From NCBI GenBank assembly GCA_963767925.1, contig CAVYGB010000008.1, positions 672,001-736,000 of the forward strand: DNA of 64,000 nt, given 5' to 3'. Shown here piece by piece: positions 39,702 through 49,144 of the stretch. The position numbers and the translations under genes were made by a program. Under the pieces are notes generated by a model that was not told the DNA's origin, ran no database searches, and saw only the letters and a program-made list of their open reading frames with translations. This DNA is from an uncultured delta proteobacterium (GTDB taxonomy: Bacteria; Myxococcota_A; Polyangia; Fen-1088). Position 1 is the stretch's first letter; each line of letters starts with the position of its first letter.

Positions 39702-41035
39702 GCCGGAGGCGCCGGCCGCTCGGCGTTTTGGCCCTGGCGCTGGCCCTGGCCTCCGGGGCCTGCGCGCCCGAGCCTCCCTGTGGCCTGCGCCTGTGCGACA
39801 TCCGCGAGCCGGCCTGCCAGGACGAGGTCGCCAGCGCCACCGCCTGCCTGCGCGGGCTCCCGACCGCCGAGGTGCCGATCCGGGTGCTGTCGCAGGAGCG
39901 GTACCTGGCCGAGTCGATCGCGGCCGGCGAGGGGAACGTCGACTTGCCCCTCTTCACCCGCTGGATGGCGGGCCTGGCCCTGCTGCGCCTGGCCGCGCCC
40001 GACGTCAGCGTCGCCGAGGCCTCCCAGGAGGGGGCGGCCTGGGTGGCCGCCTTCTACGATCCGGGGACCCGGAGCATCACCATCATCGACCGCGGCCGGC
40101 CGCTCGACGCCCGCGGCGCGATCACCCTGCTGGTTCACGAATACACCCACGCCCTGCAGGACCGCACGGTGGGGCTGGACCGGTTCCGGGCGCGCCTGCC
40201 GAACGACCTCGACCGCGTGCTCGCCTCGAAGGCGGTCACCGAGGGGGAGGCCAGCCTGGTCGAGGACCTGGCGGCGCTCGGCCTGTTCGGCGAGGCGGAG
40301 CGGGCGATCGACTGGCCGCAGGTCTTCGGGACCTGGCAGGGGCGCGCCCGGGAGGCGGCGGTGGAGACCCGGCTGCCTGTCGATCAGTCGTTCGGCCACT
40401 TTCCCTATCCGTTCGGGATGCCCTACGTTCATGGGGCTTACCGCTCGGGAGGGTTCGCCGCCGTCGACCGGCTCTACGACGAGCCGCCGGCCTCGGTGGC
40501 GCAGGTGCTGGCCGGGTTCGGCACCGCCGAGCCCTCCGGAGGCGCCTGGGCCGAGGAGCTGGGAGCCGATGCGGTGCCGGTGTTGCCCGAACGCTTCGCC
40601 CTGGTCGACAGCGACCGCCTCGGCGCCTGGCTGCTCGAGGTCTTCGTCGACCGGGTGCTGGCCTCGGCGCCCCCCGGGCTGGATCGCGATCGGGCCCGCG
40701 CGGATCTCGCCGGCCTGGGGCGCGGGCTGCGGGCGGATCGCCTGAGCATCTGGCGCGATCTCCAGACCGATCGCACCGTCGCCTGCTGGCGCCTGCGGCT
40801 GGCCTCGGCCGAGCAGGCCGACCGGCTCGCGCACCACCTGGACGGAGCGGGACCCTGGGTGGCCTCGTCGCGAGAGCGGGACGTGGTGCTGGTGGCCAGC
40901 GCCGACCCGGAGGTGCTCGCCCTGGCGGGTCCGGATCTGACCTTCGGGCCGCTGCCGCCAGCGGGGGTGGCCCTCGCCGGGGCGGCCCTCCCGGCCCTCG
41001 CCCGGGGTTGTCCCGGCCGCACCTTCGGACACTGA
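39698..41035 (+). CDS. Zincin-like metallopeptidase lipoprotein
   Basis: GTGA overlap; lipobox ASGAC; HEYTHALQD and downstream EGEA. Confidence 0.75.
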   Translation: MSRRRRPLGVLALALALASGACAPEPPCGLRLCDIREPACQDEVASATACLRGLPTAEVPIRVLSQERYLAESIAAGEGNVDLPLFTRWMAGLALLRLAAPDVSVAEASQEGAAWVAAFYDPGTRSITIIDRGRPLDARGAITLLVHEYTHALQDRTVGLDRFRARLPNDLDRVLASKAVTEGEASLVEDLAALGLFGEAERAIDWPQVFGTWQGRAREAAVETRLPVDQSFGHFPYPFGMPYVHGAYRSGGFAAVDRLYDEPPASVAQVLAGFGTAEPSGGAWAEELGADAVPVLPERFALVDSDRLGAWLLEVFVDRVLASAPPGLDRDRARADLAGLGRGLRADRLSIWRDLQTDRTVACWRLRLASAEQADRLAHHLDGAGPWVASSRERDVVLVASADPEVLALAGPDLTFGPLPPAGVALAGAALPALARGCPGRTFGH

Positions 41036-41138
41036 CGGCAGACCTCCCGAACGACCTGTGCCAGCGATCGCGCTGGCAGAGTTCGTAACAATTGTAAGTA
41101 CTTTACGCGTAACGCGTCCCCATGACACAGTACGCGCC

Positions 41139-41912
41139 ATGTTGAGAAAAGTCCTTGGCACCGTCCTTCTGCTCTCTGTCGCGGGAGTGGCTTGCGACGA
41201 CGACGATCCGCCGCGTCCCCGCGATGCCAGCGCCGACTCCCGGCGCGACTCCGGAACCGACGCCCGCGACGGCGCCTCGGATCGCATGCCGGATACCCGC
41301 CTGCCGGACGCTGGCGCGGTCGATGCCCCTGCCGTCGACGCCCCCGCGGTCGACGCCCCCCCGGACACCGCCAGCGATCGCCCGGCCGACACCGCGGTGG
41401 ATGCGCCACCCGACACGGTCCCGGCCGACACCGCGCTGCCCGACACCGCGACTCCGGACACGGCACTCCCGGACACGGCGCTGCCCGACACCGCCCCGCC
41501 CGACACCGCTGCGCCGGACACGGCGATCGACACCCTCGCGCCCGACACGACGCCCGCCGATGCCCAGCCCTTCGAGCCGCTCAACGGGTGCACGGACGAG
41601 GCCGACTTCGAGGACGCGACCGACGAGGACCAGTTCTTCCTCGACTGGGCCAACGACTTCGCGGACCCGATCTGCATCAAGATCCGGGCCGGCACCGCGG
41701 TGGTCTGGGGCGTGGCCGACGGTCAGACCTTCGCCACCCTCCCGGTCGCGAAGTTCCCCGCGGCGCCGCCCAGCCCGATCACCGGCAAGAACACCGCCGA
41801 CGGCGAGCCCTACGAGGTCGAGTTTCCCAACCCCGGCACCTTCGGCTTCCACTGCCCACTGAACGCGGGAACGATGGAGACGATGGCCGGCGCCGTCTGG
41901 GTCGTTCCCTAG
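41139..41912 (+). CDS. Lipoprotein with acidic DTA/PD repeat stalk and degenerate cupredoxin domain
   Basis: Lipobox GVAC; PICIKIRAGTAVVW...FPNPGTFGFHC...MAGAVWV. Confidence 0.72.
   Translation: MLRKVLGTVLLLSVAGVACDDDDPPRPRDASADSRRDSGTDARDGASDRMPDTRLPDAGAVDAPAVDAPAVDAPPDTASDRPADTAVDAPPDTVPADTALPDTATPDTALPDTALPDTAPPDTAAPDTAIDTLAPDTTPADAQPFEPLNGCTDEADFEDATDEDQFFLDWANDFADPICIKIRAGTAVVWGVADGQTFATLPVAKFPAAPPSPITGKNTADGEPYEVEFPNPGTFGFHCPLNAGTMETMAGAVWVVP
41310..41565 (+). repeat. Degenerate 15-nt coding tandem repeats (VDAPA / PDTAL / PDTAP)
   Basis: Recurring CC(G/C)GACAC(C/G)GC units. Confidence 0.75.
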
Positions 41913-41969
41913 GCAGCCGCTTGCAGAGAACAGCCGGGTCCCCGCGCTGTGCTCGGGCCCGGCCAGGCC

Positions 41970-43229
41970 TCAGCTTCTTCCGGGCGTGGGCCGGCTGGTG
42001 CTCCGGCTCGGCGCCCGGGGGATCAAGATCAGCGTCCCCGGCGTGACCTCGGTATCGTCGGTCACGCCGTTGAGGCGGCGCAGCCGATCGCGCACCAGCC
42101 GCCGGTCCTTGGCGATCCGGGCCAGGGTGTCGCCGGGGCGGACGCGCAGGGGCGCCACGTCGGTCATCCTCAGATCGGCCAGGCCGCGCGTGCGTTCGGG
42201 CGGCACCCGCACGAGGGCGGTGGGTCGGTCGGGCGGCGTGCGCTTGCGGAGGTAGGCAGGGTTCAGGGCGGCCAGCTCGTCGACCGAGACGCCCGCCCGG
42301 TTGGCGATGGCCTCGAAGGCGACACCGCCGGCGACCTCGACCTCGACCGACGGGCGCGGGGGATTGGGGTCGCCTTCCTCGAACCCGAAGGCCTTCCGGT
42401 TCCGCTCGACAACGCCGACCGCCATCACCTTCGGCACGTATTCGGTGGTCTCCCAGGGCAGGCCGGCCTCGAGCTGACAGAGGGTCCAGAAGTCGTTGGT
42501 GTTGAAGCGCAGCACCGAGGAGAGGACGGCGTGGAACCCGGCGTTGTAGCCGGCCAGGGCCAGCTCCCAGGTGCCGAAGCGGTGGTACAGATCGCCGAGG
42601 TAGATGGCCGCGGCGGCGGTGCTCTTGGCCAGATCGCGGCGCTCGTCGACCCAGAAGCTGACCTCCAGGCCGTAGCCGCGGGCCACGTCGGCCCGGAACT
42701 GCCAGAAGCCGCCGGCCCCCCGGTTGGAGAGCGCGGCCGACGAGAACCCACTCTCGATCATGGCGACGAAGATCAGGCCGCGGGGGAGCCCCTGGCGGGC
42801 CAGGGCCGCCTCCATGGGGATGCGGTGGCCGTCCAGGCGCCGCAGCCAGCCGCGCATGATGTCGCGGTAGCGGGGATCGGACTTGTAGAGCAAGAGGTAC
42901 CGCGTGGTCTTGGGATACCAGCGCAGCGGCACGTCGGGGCGCTCGAAGCCGCGCATCCAGGCGGGCTTGTCCTCCTCGGGCACCTCGCCCTTGCTCGGGC
43001 GGGCGGGTGCGGGCGGCGGCGCCGTCGCCTCGGGGGGCGGCTCGGGCGGCTCCGGCTCGACCGGGGGGGCGGTCCAGCCCTGCTCGGTGGGGGGAGGGTC
43101 GGGAGGCGGCTCGGCGGCCGGGCGGATCCGCAGCAGGGTGCCGCACGCCGCGGTGGCCAGGACGACCAGGACGACGGCCACCCGGGGGCCGTGCCGACGG
43201 GCAGGGCGGAGGGGCACGGGGCGCGACAC
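41970..43229 (-). CDS. MltD-like lytic transglycosylase with LysM domain; start approximate
   Basis: MIESGF, AGGFWQF, DERRD, AGYNAG, ETTEYVPK, VRPGDTLARIA. Confidence 0.88.
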   Translation of the reverse strand: MSRPVPLRPARRHGPRVAVVLVVLATAACGTLLRIRPAAEPPPDPPPTEQGWTAPPVEPEPPEPPPEATAPPPAPARPSKGEVPEEDKPAWMRGFERPDVPLRWYPKTTRYLLLYKSDPRYRDIMRGWLRRLDGHRIPMEAALARQGLPRGLIFVAMIESGFSSAALSNRGAGGFWQFRADVARGYGLEVSFWVDERRDLAKSTAAAAIYLGDLYHRFGTWELALAGYNAGFHAVLSSVLRFNTNDFWTLCQLEAGLPWETTEYVPKVMAVGVVERNRKAFGFEEGDPNPPRPSVEVEVAGGVAFEAIANRAGVSVDELAALNPAYLRKRTPPDRPTALVRVPPERTRGLADLRMTDVAPLRVRPGDTLARIAKDRRLVRDRLRRLNGVTDDTEVTPGTLILIPRAPSRSTSRPTPGRS

Positions 43230-43261
43230 GGTCCTACCGGTGTACCATGCTCGCACCGTCC

Positions 43262-44599
43262 ATGGACCCCGCACTTGTCGACCTGCTCGCCTGCCCGCGC
43301 TGTCGGGCCGACCTCCAGATCTCGGCCTCGGGGGCCGAATGCCGCGGCTGTCAAACCGAGTTCCCCGAGCCGGGTGGCGTCCTCTGCCTGATGTCCGAGC
43401 CGACCCGGGCGCTCGATGGGTGGCGCCGCGAAGCGCAGCGCCTTGTCGAGCTGATCGAGGAGAGCGTGGCGGCGATGGACGAGCAGCGCAAGCGCGTCGA
43501 CCTCCTGCCCAGCACGCGCAAGCGCCTCGACGACCTGCGCGCCGCCCACGCGGAGAACGCCCGGCGGGTGGGGGAGATGTTCCGCGCCGCCGGCCTGGCG
43601 CCGGACGCCCGCAGCAAGGCCACCGGCAGCGAGTTCTCCTTGATCGAATATTACGAGCAGGTCCTGCGCGACTGGGCCTGGGACGCCACCGGCGGCAAGG
43701 AGAACGCCCGGGCGCTCGAGCTGGTCGCGGCGACCCTGGGCCCGGACACGAAGCTCGGCCGCACCCTGGTGCTGGGCGCGGGGCCCGCCCGCCTGGCCCA
43801 CGACCTGCACACCCGGTTCTCGGCCCCGCTCACGGTGGCCCTCGATCTCAACCCCTTCCTGCTGCTCTCGGCGCGACAGGTGCTGTTCGGTGGCGGGCTG
43901 AAGCTCTACGAATTCCCCTCCGACCCGACCGGGATCGCCACCACCCACGTCGATCACGAGCTGCGCGCGCCCGGTCCACCGCCGGCGGGGTTTCACCTCG
44001 TGCTGGCCGACGCCTTCGCCGCCCCTTTCAAGCCGGGCTCCTTCGACACCGTCGTCACCCCCTGGTTCATCGACATCGTGCCGCGGGACCTGCGCGAGAC
44101 CATCCCCCTCATTCACCGGCTGCTGGCGCCGGGCGGGCGCTGGCTGAACTACGGCCCGCTCAGCTACCCCAAGGAGACCCCCCACGCCCAGCGCTACAGC
44201 TTCGAGGAGCTGTACGAGCTGATCCGTCTCGGCGGGTTCGAGCTGGGCCCCACCACCCTCACGACCATCGACTACATGCACTCGCGCGCCATGGCCCGGG
44301 CCCGGACCGCCGACGTGTTGACCTTCGCCGCCCGCCGGCAGGAGGCCAGCGCCGCGCCCGGCGGTGACCCGCCGGCCTGGTTGCTGCTGGGGCACCTGCC
44401 GATCGAGCGCTTCTCCGGGCTCGACCGCTACAAGCCGGAGCACCCCATGCTGGGGTACCTGGCCGGCCTCATCGACGGCCGCCGCACCCTGGAGGATCTC
44501 GCCGCCCGGATGATCGAGGACCACGGCGCCCGTCCCGACGCCGCCCTGGGGGGCACCCGGGCCGCGTTAGCCCTCCTGTGGCAGACCGCCCGCGGCTAG
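43262..44599 (+). CDS. Class I SAM methyltransferase, carnosine N-methyltransferase (N2227)-like, with N-terminal Zn ribbon and C-terminal PqqD-like domain
   Basis: CPRC..CRGC; LRDWAW; VLGAGPARL; FDTVVTPWFID; LAPGGRWLNYGPL; LIDGRRTLEDLA. Confidence 0.72.
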   Translation: MDPALVDLLACPRCRADLQISASGAECRGCQTEFPEPGGVLCLMSEPTRALDGWRREAQRLVELIEESVAAMDEQRKRVDLLPSTRKRLDDLRAAHAENARRVGEMFRAAGLAPDARSKATGSEFSLIEYYEQVLRDWAWDATGGKENARALELVAATLGPDTKLGRTLVLGAGPARLAHDLHTRFSAPLTVALDLNPFLLLSARQVLFGGGLKLYEFPSDPTGIATTHVDHELRAPGPPPAGFHLVLADAFAAPFKPGSFDTVVTPWFIDIVPRDLRETIPLIHRLLAPGGRWLNYGPLSYPKETPHAQRYSFEELYELIRLGGFELGPTTLTTIDYMHSRAMARARTADVLTFAARRQEASAAPGGDPPAWLLLGHLPIERFSGLDRYKPEHPMLGYLAGLIDGRRTLEDLAARMIEDHGARPDAALGGTRAALALLWQTARG

Positions 44600-45943
44600 G
44601 GCATCGGCGGCGCGGCGCCGGCGGTGCCAGGCGCGCAGGATGACGATGAGGGTGGCCGAGGTGGCGGAGGTGGCGGCCAGGAACAGGATGCCGCCCTTGA
44701 AAGAACCGCTGGCCTTCTCGATCTCGCCGAGCGCGAAGGGCCCCACGAAGCCGCCGAGGTTGGCGATGGCGTTGATGAGCCCGATGCTGCCGGCCGCCGC
44801 CGTGCCCTGGAGGAACAGCCGCGGCAACGCGTAGAAGGGGGCCAGGTAGCTGCGGATGCCGGCCAGCGCGATCGCGAAGCAGACCAGCGACAGCACCAGG
44901 CTCCCCTGCGACAGGGGCGTGAGCAGGAGGGCGGCCGCCCCCGCGTACATCGGCACGGCGGTGTGCCACCAGCGCTCCTTGGTCCGGTCGGAGCTCCAGC
45001 TCACCCCGATCTGGCCGAGCAACATGGCCACGAAGGGGAGCATGACCAGCCAGGTGATCGACCCGAGGCGCAGCCCGTACCACTGCTGCAAGATGGTGGG
45101 GAGGAAGAACTCCACCCCGTAGTGGCCGCACACGATGAAGAAGTTGGCCGCGGCCAGCATGAGCACCCAGGGGCTGCGCATCGCCTGCAGCACGCCGAGG
45201 TGCACCACCTTGCCCGCCAGCGCGGCCCGCTCCCGGGCCAGCTCCCCCTCGAGGGCCTCCTTCTCCTCGGCGGTGAGCCAGCGGGCCTGGCTGGGCCGGT
45301 CGACGAGGCGGAACAGCACCACCACCCCCAGCACCACCGCCGGGATCCCCCAGGCGATGTACACCAGCTGCCAGCCTTGCAGCCCCCACAGCGCGGGCAT
45401 CGTCACCGCCACGCCATCGATCACCTCGGTGGTGCCGAGGCGCAGGAGGGGATAAGAGAGGCGAGGGCTCACGATCTGGGCCACCGGCGCGGCGATGATG
45501 AAGAAGGCCAGCGCCCGGGCCCGATCCCGGTCGGGGAACCAGTGGTTGAGGTAGACGATGACCGCCGGGAAAAATCCCCCCTCGGCCAGCCCCAGCAGCA
45601 GGCGCATCAGGTAAAACTGCCCCGGCGTCTTCACCGCCGCGTTGAGGGCGGCGATGATCCCCCAGGTGATCATGATGCGGCTGATCCACTTTCGCGCGCT
45701 CCAGCGCTCGACGATGATCGGCCCCGGGATCTCGGGCAGGAAATAGCCGATGAAGAAGATCCCGGCCGCCCGGGCGAAGACCGCGTTGTCGAAGCCCAGG
45801 TCGGTCGCCATCGTGAGCTTGGCGATCGCCACGTTCGAACGGTCGATGTAGGCGATCACGTACGACAGAAAGACCAGCGGGATCAGGCGCCGGTACGCCT
45901 TGTGGCGGGCCCGATCGAGCGCGGAGAGGGCGGCTTGTCGCAC
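44567..45943 (-). CDS. MFS transporter, anion:cation symporter (tartrate/TtuB-like); start approximate
   Basis: YIDRSNV, GIFFIGYFL.EIP, LGLAEGGFFP, WFP..DRARA, GLINAIANLGGFVGP. Confidence 0.9.
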   Translation of the reverse strand: MRQAALSALDRARHKAYRRLIPLVFLSYVIAYIDRSNVAIAKLTMATDLGFDNAVFARAAGIFFIGYFLPEIPGPIIVERWSARKWISRIMITWGIIAALNAAVKTPGQFYLMRLLLGLAEGGFFPAVIVYLNHWFPDRDRARALAFFIIAAPVAQIVSPRLSYPLLRLGTTEVIDGVAVTMPALWGLQGWQLVYIAWGIPAVVLGVVVLFRLVDRPSQARWLTAEEKEALEGELARERAALAGKVVHLGVLQAMRSPWVLMLAAANFFIVCGHYGVEFFLPTILQQWYGLRLGSITWLVMLPFVAMLLGQIGVSWSSDRTKERWWHTAVPMYAGAAALLLTPLSQGSLVLSLVCFAIALAGIRSYLAPFYALPRLFLQGTAAAGSIGLINAIANLGGFVGPFALGEIEKASGSFKGGILFLAATSATSATLIVILRAWHRRRRAADALAAGGLPQEG

Positions 45944-46074
45944 GCGGCGTCGCCACCTTAACACGCCGCCCGGCGCGCGCGGCAAGGCCCGCTGCAAACT
46001 TTGCGTCAATCCGTTCGTGCGCGCAGCCGAGTTTCATCAACACTTTTGATTCCCTCGTTGGTTGGTTTCCTCGT

Positions 46075-47559
46075 TTGATTGAACGTCCGTTACAACGAAA
46101 GCGCCGCCCGGCGAGCGAACGCCCCGGCCGCGGCCTCAGCCGGCGCGCGGCGCTCGAGCGGTTCGGGGTGTTGCTCGGCTCGGCCCTGGTGCCCGCCAGC
46201 TCCTGCGGCCTCGGTCCCCAGGTTTGCACCGGGGAGCCCCCCGCCCCGGCGGCGCCGCTGGGCCCCCGCGACGTCGAGGCCCGAGCGCTGCTCGACCACC
46301 TCGACACCTTCGTGGTCGTGATGCTGGAGAACCGCTCCTTCGATCACTTCCTGGGTGGCCTCCGCCTGGACCGGCGCTACCCCGGGGTCGGGGCGATCAA
46401 CGGCCTCACCGGCCGGGAGGCCAACCTGGACGGGGAGGGGCGGCTAATCCGGGTGACGCGCATGCCGGGCGACGGCCGGGGGGCCTTCATCCCGGCCCAC
46501 GACTGGTCGCGGGTGCTCGAGACCTTCAACAGGGGCAAGAATGACCGCTTCGTCGCGGTCAACCAGGGCCCCTTCGAGGCCGAGGTGATGACCTACCTCG
46601 CCCGCGATCAGCTCCCCTATTTTCACGCGCTCGCGGATCGCTTCACGGTCTTCGATCGCTGGTTCGCCTCCTACATGGGACAGACCTGGCCCAACCGCTA
46701 TTACCTGCAGGCCACCACCTCGGCCGGGCGCCGGGTCAACCGGCCGCTGGGCCCGTCCGCGCCGTTGAGCATCTGGGAGCGCATGGCCGAGCGCTGCCAC
46801 AGCACGCGCAACTACGCCGCCGGCAAGGTGCTGTGGTATTCGGTGGCCTTTCCCACCCGGCTGTTCTCGGGCGAGAGCGCGGTGGTGCCGGGGCAGATCG
46901 AGGACTTCTTCCAGGACGCCCGCAGCGGCAATCTACCGAGCTTCTCGATCATCGATCCCGACTTCACCGTCAACGACGCCTACCCGATGCGGAGCCTGGC
47001 CCTGTGCGAGGCCTTCGTGGCCAGCATCGTGCGGGCTCTGGCCGAGAGCCCGCAGTGGGGCCGCTCGCTGCTGCTGATCCTGTTCGACGAGCACGGGGGC
47101 TACTACGACCACGTCCCCCCACCGCTGGCCGTCGACCCGCGGCCCGACTTCCGCCAGCTCGGCTTCCGGGTGCCGGCCCTGGCGGTGGGACCCACCGTGG
47201 GCCGGGGACGGGTGGTCTCCACCCAGCTCGAGCACGTGTCGGTGGCGGCCACCTTGCGCGCGCGCTTCGGCATCGAGACCCTCTCGCCGCGCATGGACGC
47301 CACCTGCGACGTCTCGGATTGCATCGATCCCGCCCGGATCCTCGACCCCACCCCGCCGCCGCGTGACCTTCCGCTGGTGGATCTGGCGCCCGTCGCCCGC
47401 ATCGCCGCCGAGTGCGCCAGCAGCCAGGCGGAGATCGACGAGGCCCTGCGGGCCGGCCAGGTGCGCCCCGACCTGGTGGACCCGCGCAGCGATCACGACC
47501 GGATCGCGAGCTGGCTGCGCCGGGCCCAGGAGCTGGAGGCGGTGCGGATCCGCGGATGA
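46075..47559 (+). CDS. Phospholipase C / phosphoesterase family protein, Tat-type signal
   Basis: SRRAAL; MLENRSFDH; QTWPNR; FDEHGGYYDHV; GFRVP. Confidence 0.88.
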   Translation: MIERPLQRKRRPASERPGRGLSRRAALERFGVLLGSALVPASSCGLGPQVCTGEPPAPAAPLGPRDVEARALLDHLDTFVVVMLENRSFDHFLGGLRLDRRYPGVGAINGLTGREANLDGEGRLIRVTRMPGDGRGAFIPAHDWSRVLETFNRGKNDRFVAVNQGPFEAEVMTYLARDQLPYFHALADRFTVFDRWFASYMGQTWPNRYYLQATTSAGRRVNRPLGPSAPLSIWERMAERCHSTRNYAAGKVLWYSVAFPTRLFSGESAVVPGQIEDFFQDARSGNLPSFSIIDPDFTVNDAYPMRSLALCEAFVASIVRALAESPQWGRSLLLILFDEHGGYYDHVPPPLAVDPRPDFRQLGFRVPALAVGPTVGRGRVVSTQLEHVSVAATLRARFGIETLSPRMDATCDVSDCIDPARILDPTPPPRDLPLVDLAPVARIAAECASSQAEIDEALRAGQVRPDLVDPRSDHDRIASWLRRAQELEAVRIRG

Positions 47560-48332
47560 GGCCCCGCGCTTCGATCCTGGCGGGCCTGGTGGCCCTCGTC
47601 GCCCTGGCCGCGCTCCTGCCGGCTCGGGCGGCCCGGGCCGAGGGGACGTCGCTGCTGGCGCCGGCGCTGCAGCGGGGCATGACCCGGGTGCGGGCCACGG
47701 TGCGCCCGTTCCTCAGCGTGTTCGGAAAAGGGGCCGGCACCGTCGTCGATCTCGCGGTCGATCACTACCTGGCCGCGCCGGTCCGCCTGTCGCTCGAGCT
47801 GGCCCCGCTGGCCCTGGCCGCGGACGGAGAGGGGACCGGGGCCATCGGCCACTTCCGGATCGCCGCCGCCTACGCGGGCGACTACATCGAGCTCGGCGGG
47901 GCGGCGGGCAGCCGCGTGCAGAACTACGGCGGCGACGGGATCTCCCTGGCGGCCTTCCTGCGCCTCGGCGCTCTCGACGGCCTCAACTTCACCTTCACCA
48001 ACGGCTACGTCTGGAAGCGCAACCGCTACACCGGCCGGCCGACGCTGGGGCTGGCCAGCGGCCAGGGGACCTTGCAGATCCCCCTCTCGCGGCGGTTCGC
48101 CCTGGTCACCGAGGGGGCCTTCAGCACCGACCACTGGCTGTACGCCACCGCCGGCCTCCGCCACCGCCTCTCGGGCGAGGGGGCCGCCGGCACCTGGTTC
48201 CTGTCCGGGGCGCTCGGGCTGGCCTGGGTCGTCGACCGAGCCGACTGCGTCCACCCTGGCACGGGCTGGTGCACCGGCTCGGCCTGGGCCGCGGGCCCGA
48301 CCGTCGCGTTCGGTCTGGAACGCCGCTTCTGA
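47556..48332 (+). CDS. Exported protein, probable outer-membrane beta-barrel
   Basis: ATGA overlap; signal peptide; amphipathic strands; C-terminal VAFGLERRF. Confidence 0.6.
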   Translation: MRPRASILAGLVALVALAALLPARAARAEGTSLLAPALQRGMTRVRATVRPFLSVFGKGAGTVVDLAVDHYLAAPVRLSLELAPLALAADGEGTGAIGHFRIAAAYAGDYIELGGAAGSRVQNYGGDGISLAAFLRLGALDGLNFTFTNGYVWKRNRYTGRPTLGLASGQGTLQIPLSRRFALVTEGAFSTDHWLYATAGLRHRLSGEGAAGTWFLSGALGLAWVVDRADCVHPGTGWCTGSAWAAGPTVAFGLERRF

Positions 48333-48545
48333 GCGGGCGCCGGCTCGCTTGATCGGGGCCGGCTTCCGGAACGAGACCGGCAGCTCCCGCCGCCTGATCG
48401 GCGACTTCGTCGGGGGCGCCGCGCTGCCGCCAGGGCTGAATTCGGAAGGCGCGGTACTGGGTTCGGAGCATCGGGGGCAAACCCGCTGCCAGGGGCGGGC
48501 ACCGGACCCACAGTGCATCCGAACAGGAAGGGGAGGACATCCGGT

Positions 48546-49097
48546 ATGGACGTTGGCAACACGACCGAGGGCAGGACAAGGCAGGCGTTGTGGGGTGGAA
48601 CCGTCGCGGGGCTGATCGGCGGCGTCGCCCTGGCGGCGTTCAATCTGGCGGTGGAAGCCGCGCGTGGCGGGGACCTGTGGGCCGGGCTGAAGCTTGCCGC
48701 CTTCCCTTTCCTGCGCGACCGGGCGCTGGCCCCGGGCTTCGACCTGGGCGCGATCCTGCAGGGGGCCACCACCCACCTCGGCATCTCGGTCATCTGCGGC
48801 GTGCTGTTCGGCCTGATCGCCTTCGGCATGTCCCGTCCGGCCACGGTGTCCCTCGGGATCCTCTGGGGCGCGGTGGTGTGGATGGCGATGCTCTTCGTCG
48901 TGTTGCCGCTGGCCTCGGCCGGGATGCTCATGCGGGGCGCGCCGACCCTGCTGGCTCTCGGCCAGCACCTGCTGTTCGGGCTGGCGGTGGGCCTGGGGTT
49001 CTTGCCCTATCAACGGCCCACCTTCCGCCGGACGGTCTGGGCCCAGTACGTGACCAACGTGTCGGTGCCCGTGCCCCGGACCCAGGAGCCGGCCTGA
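48546..49097 (+). CDS. Four-TM hypothetical membrane protein
   Basis: GGAGG SD; four hydrophobic helices, two with intramembrane His (THLGIS, QHLLFG). Confidence 0.7.
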   Translation: MDVGNTTEGRTRQALWGGTVAGLIGGVALAAFNLAVEAARGGDLWAGLKLAAFPFLRDRALAPGFDLGAILQGATTHLGISVICGVLFGLIAFGMSRPATVSLGILWGAVVWMAMLFVVLPLASAGMLMRGAPTLLALGQHLLFGLAVGLGFLPYQRPTFRRTVWAQYVTNVSVPVPRTQEPA

Positions 49098-49144
49098 GGG
49101 CCGGCCCGGTTTCCCGGGCCCGACCGCGACCGTATACTCCTGGC

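Noticed and set aside
41310..41565. CRISPR-like periodic repeats
   Set aside because: In-frame degenerate 15-nt coding repeats without unique spacers or cas genes
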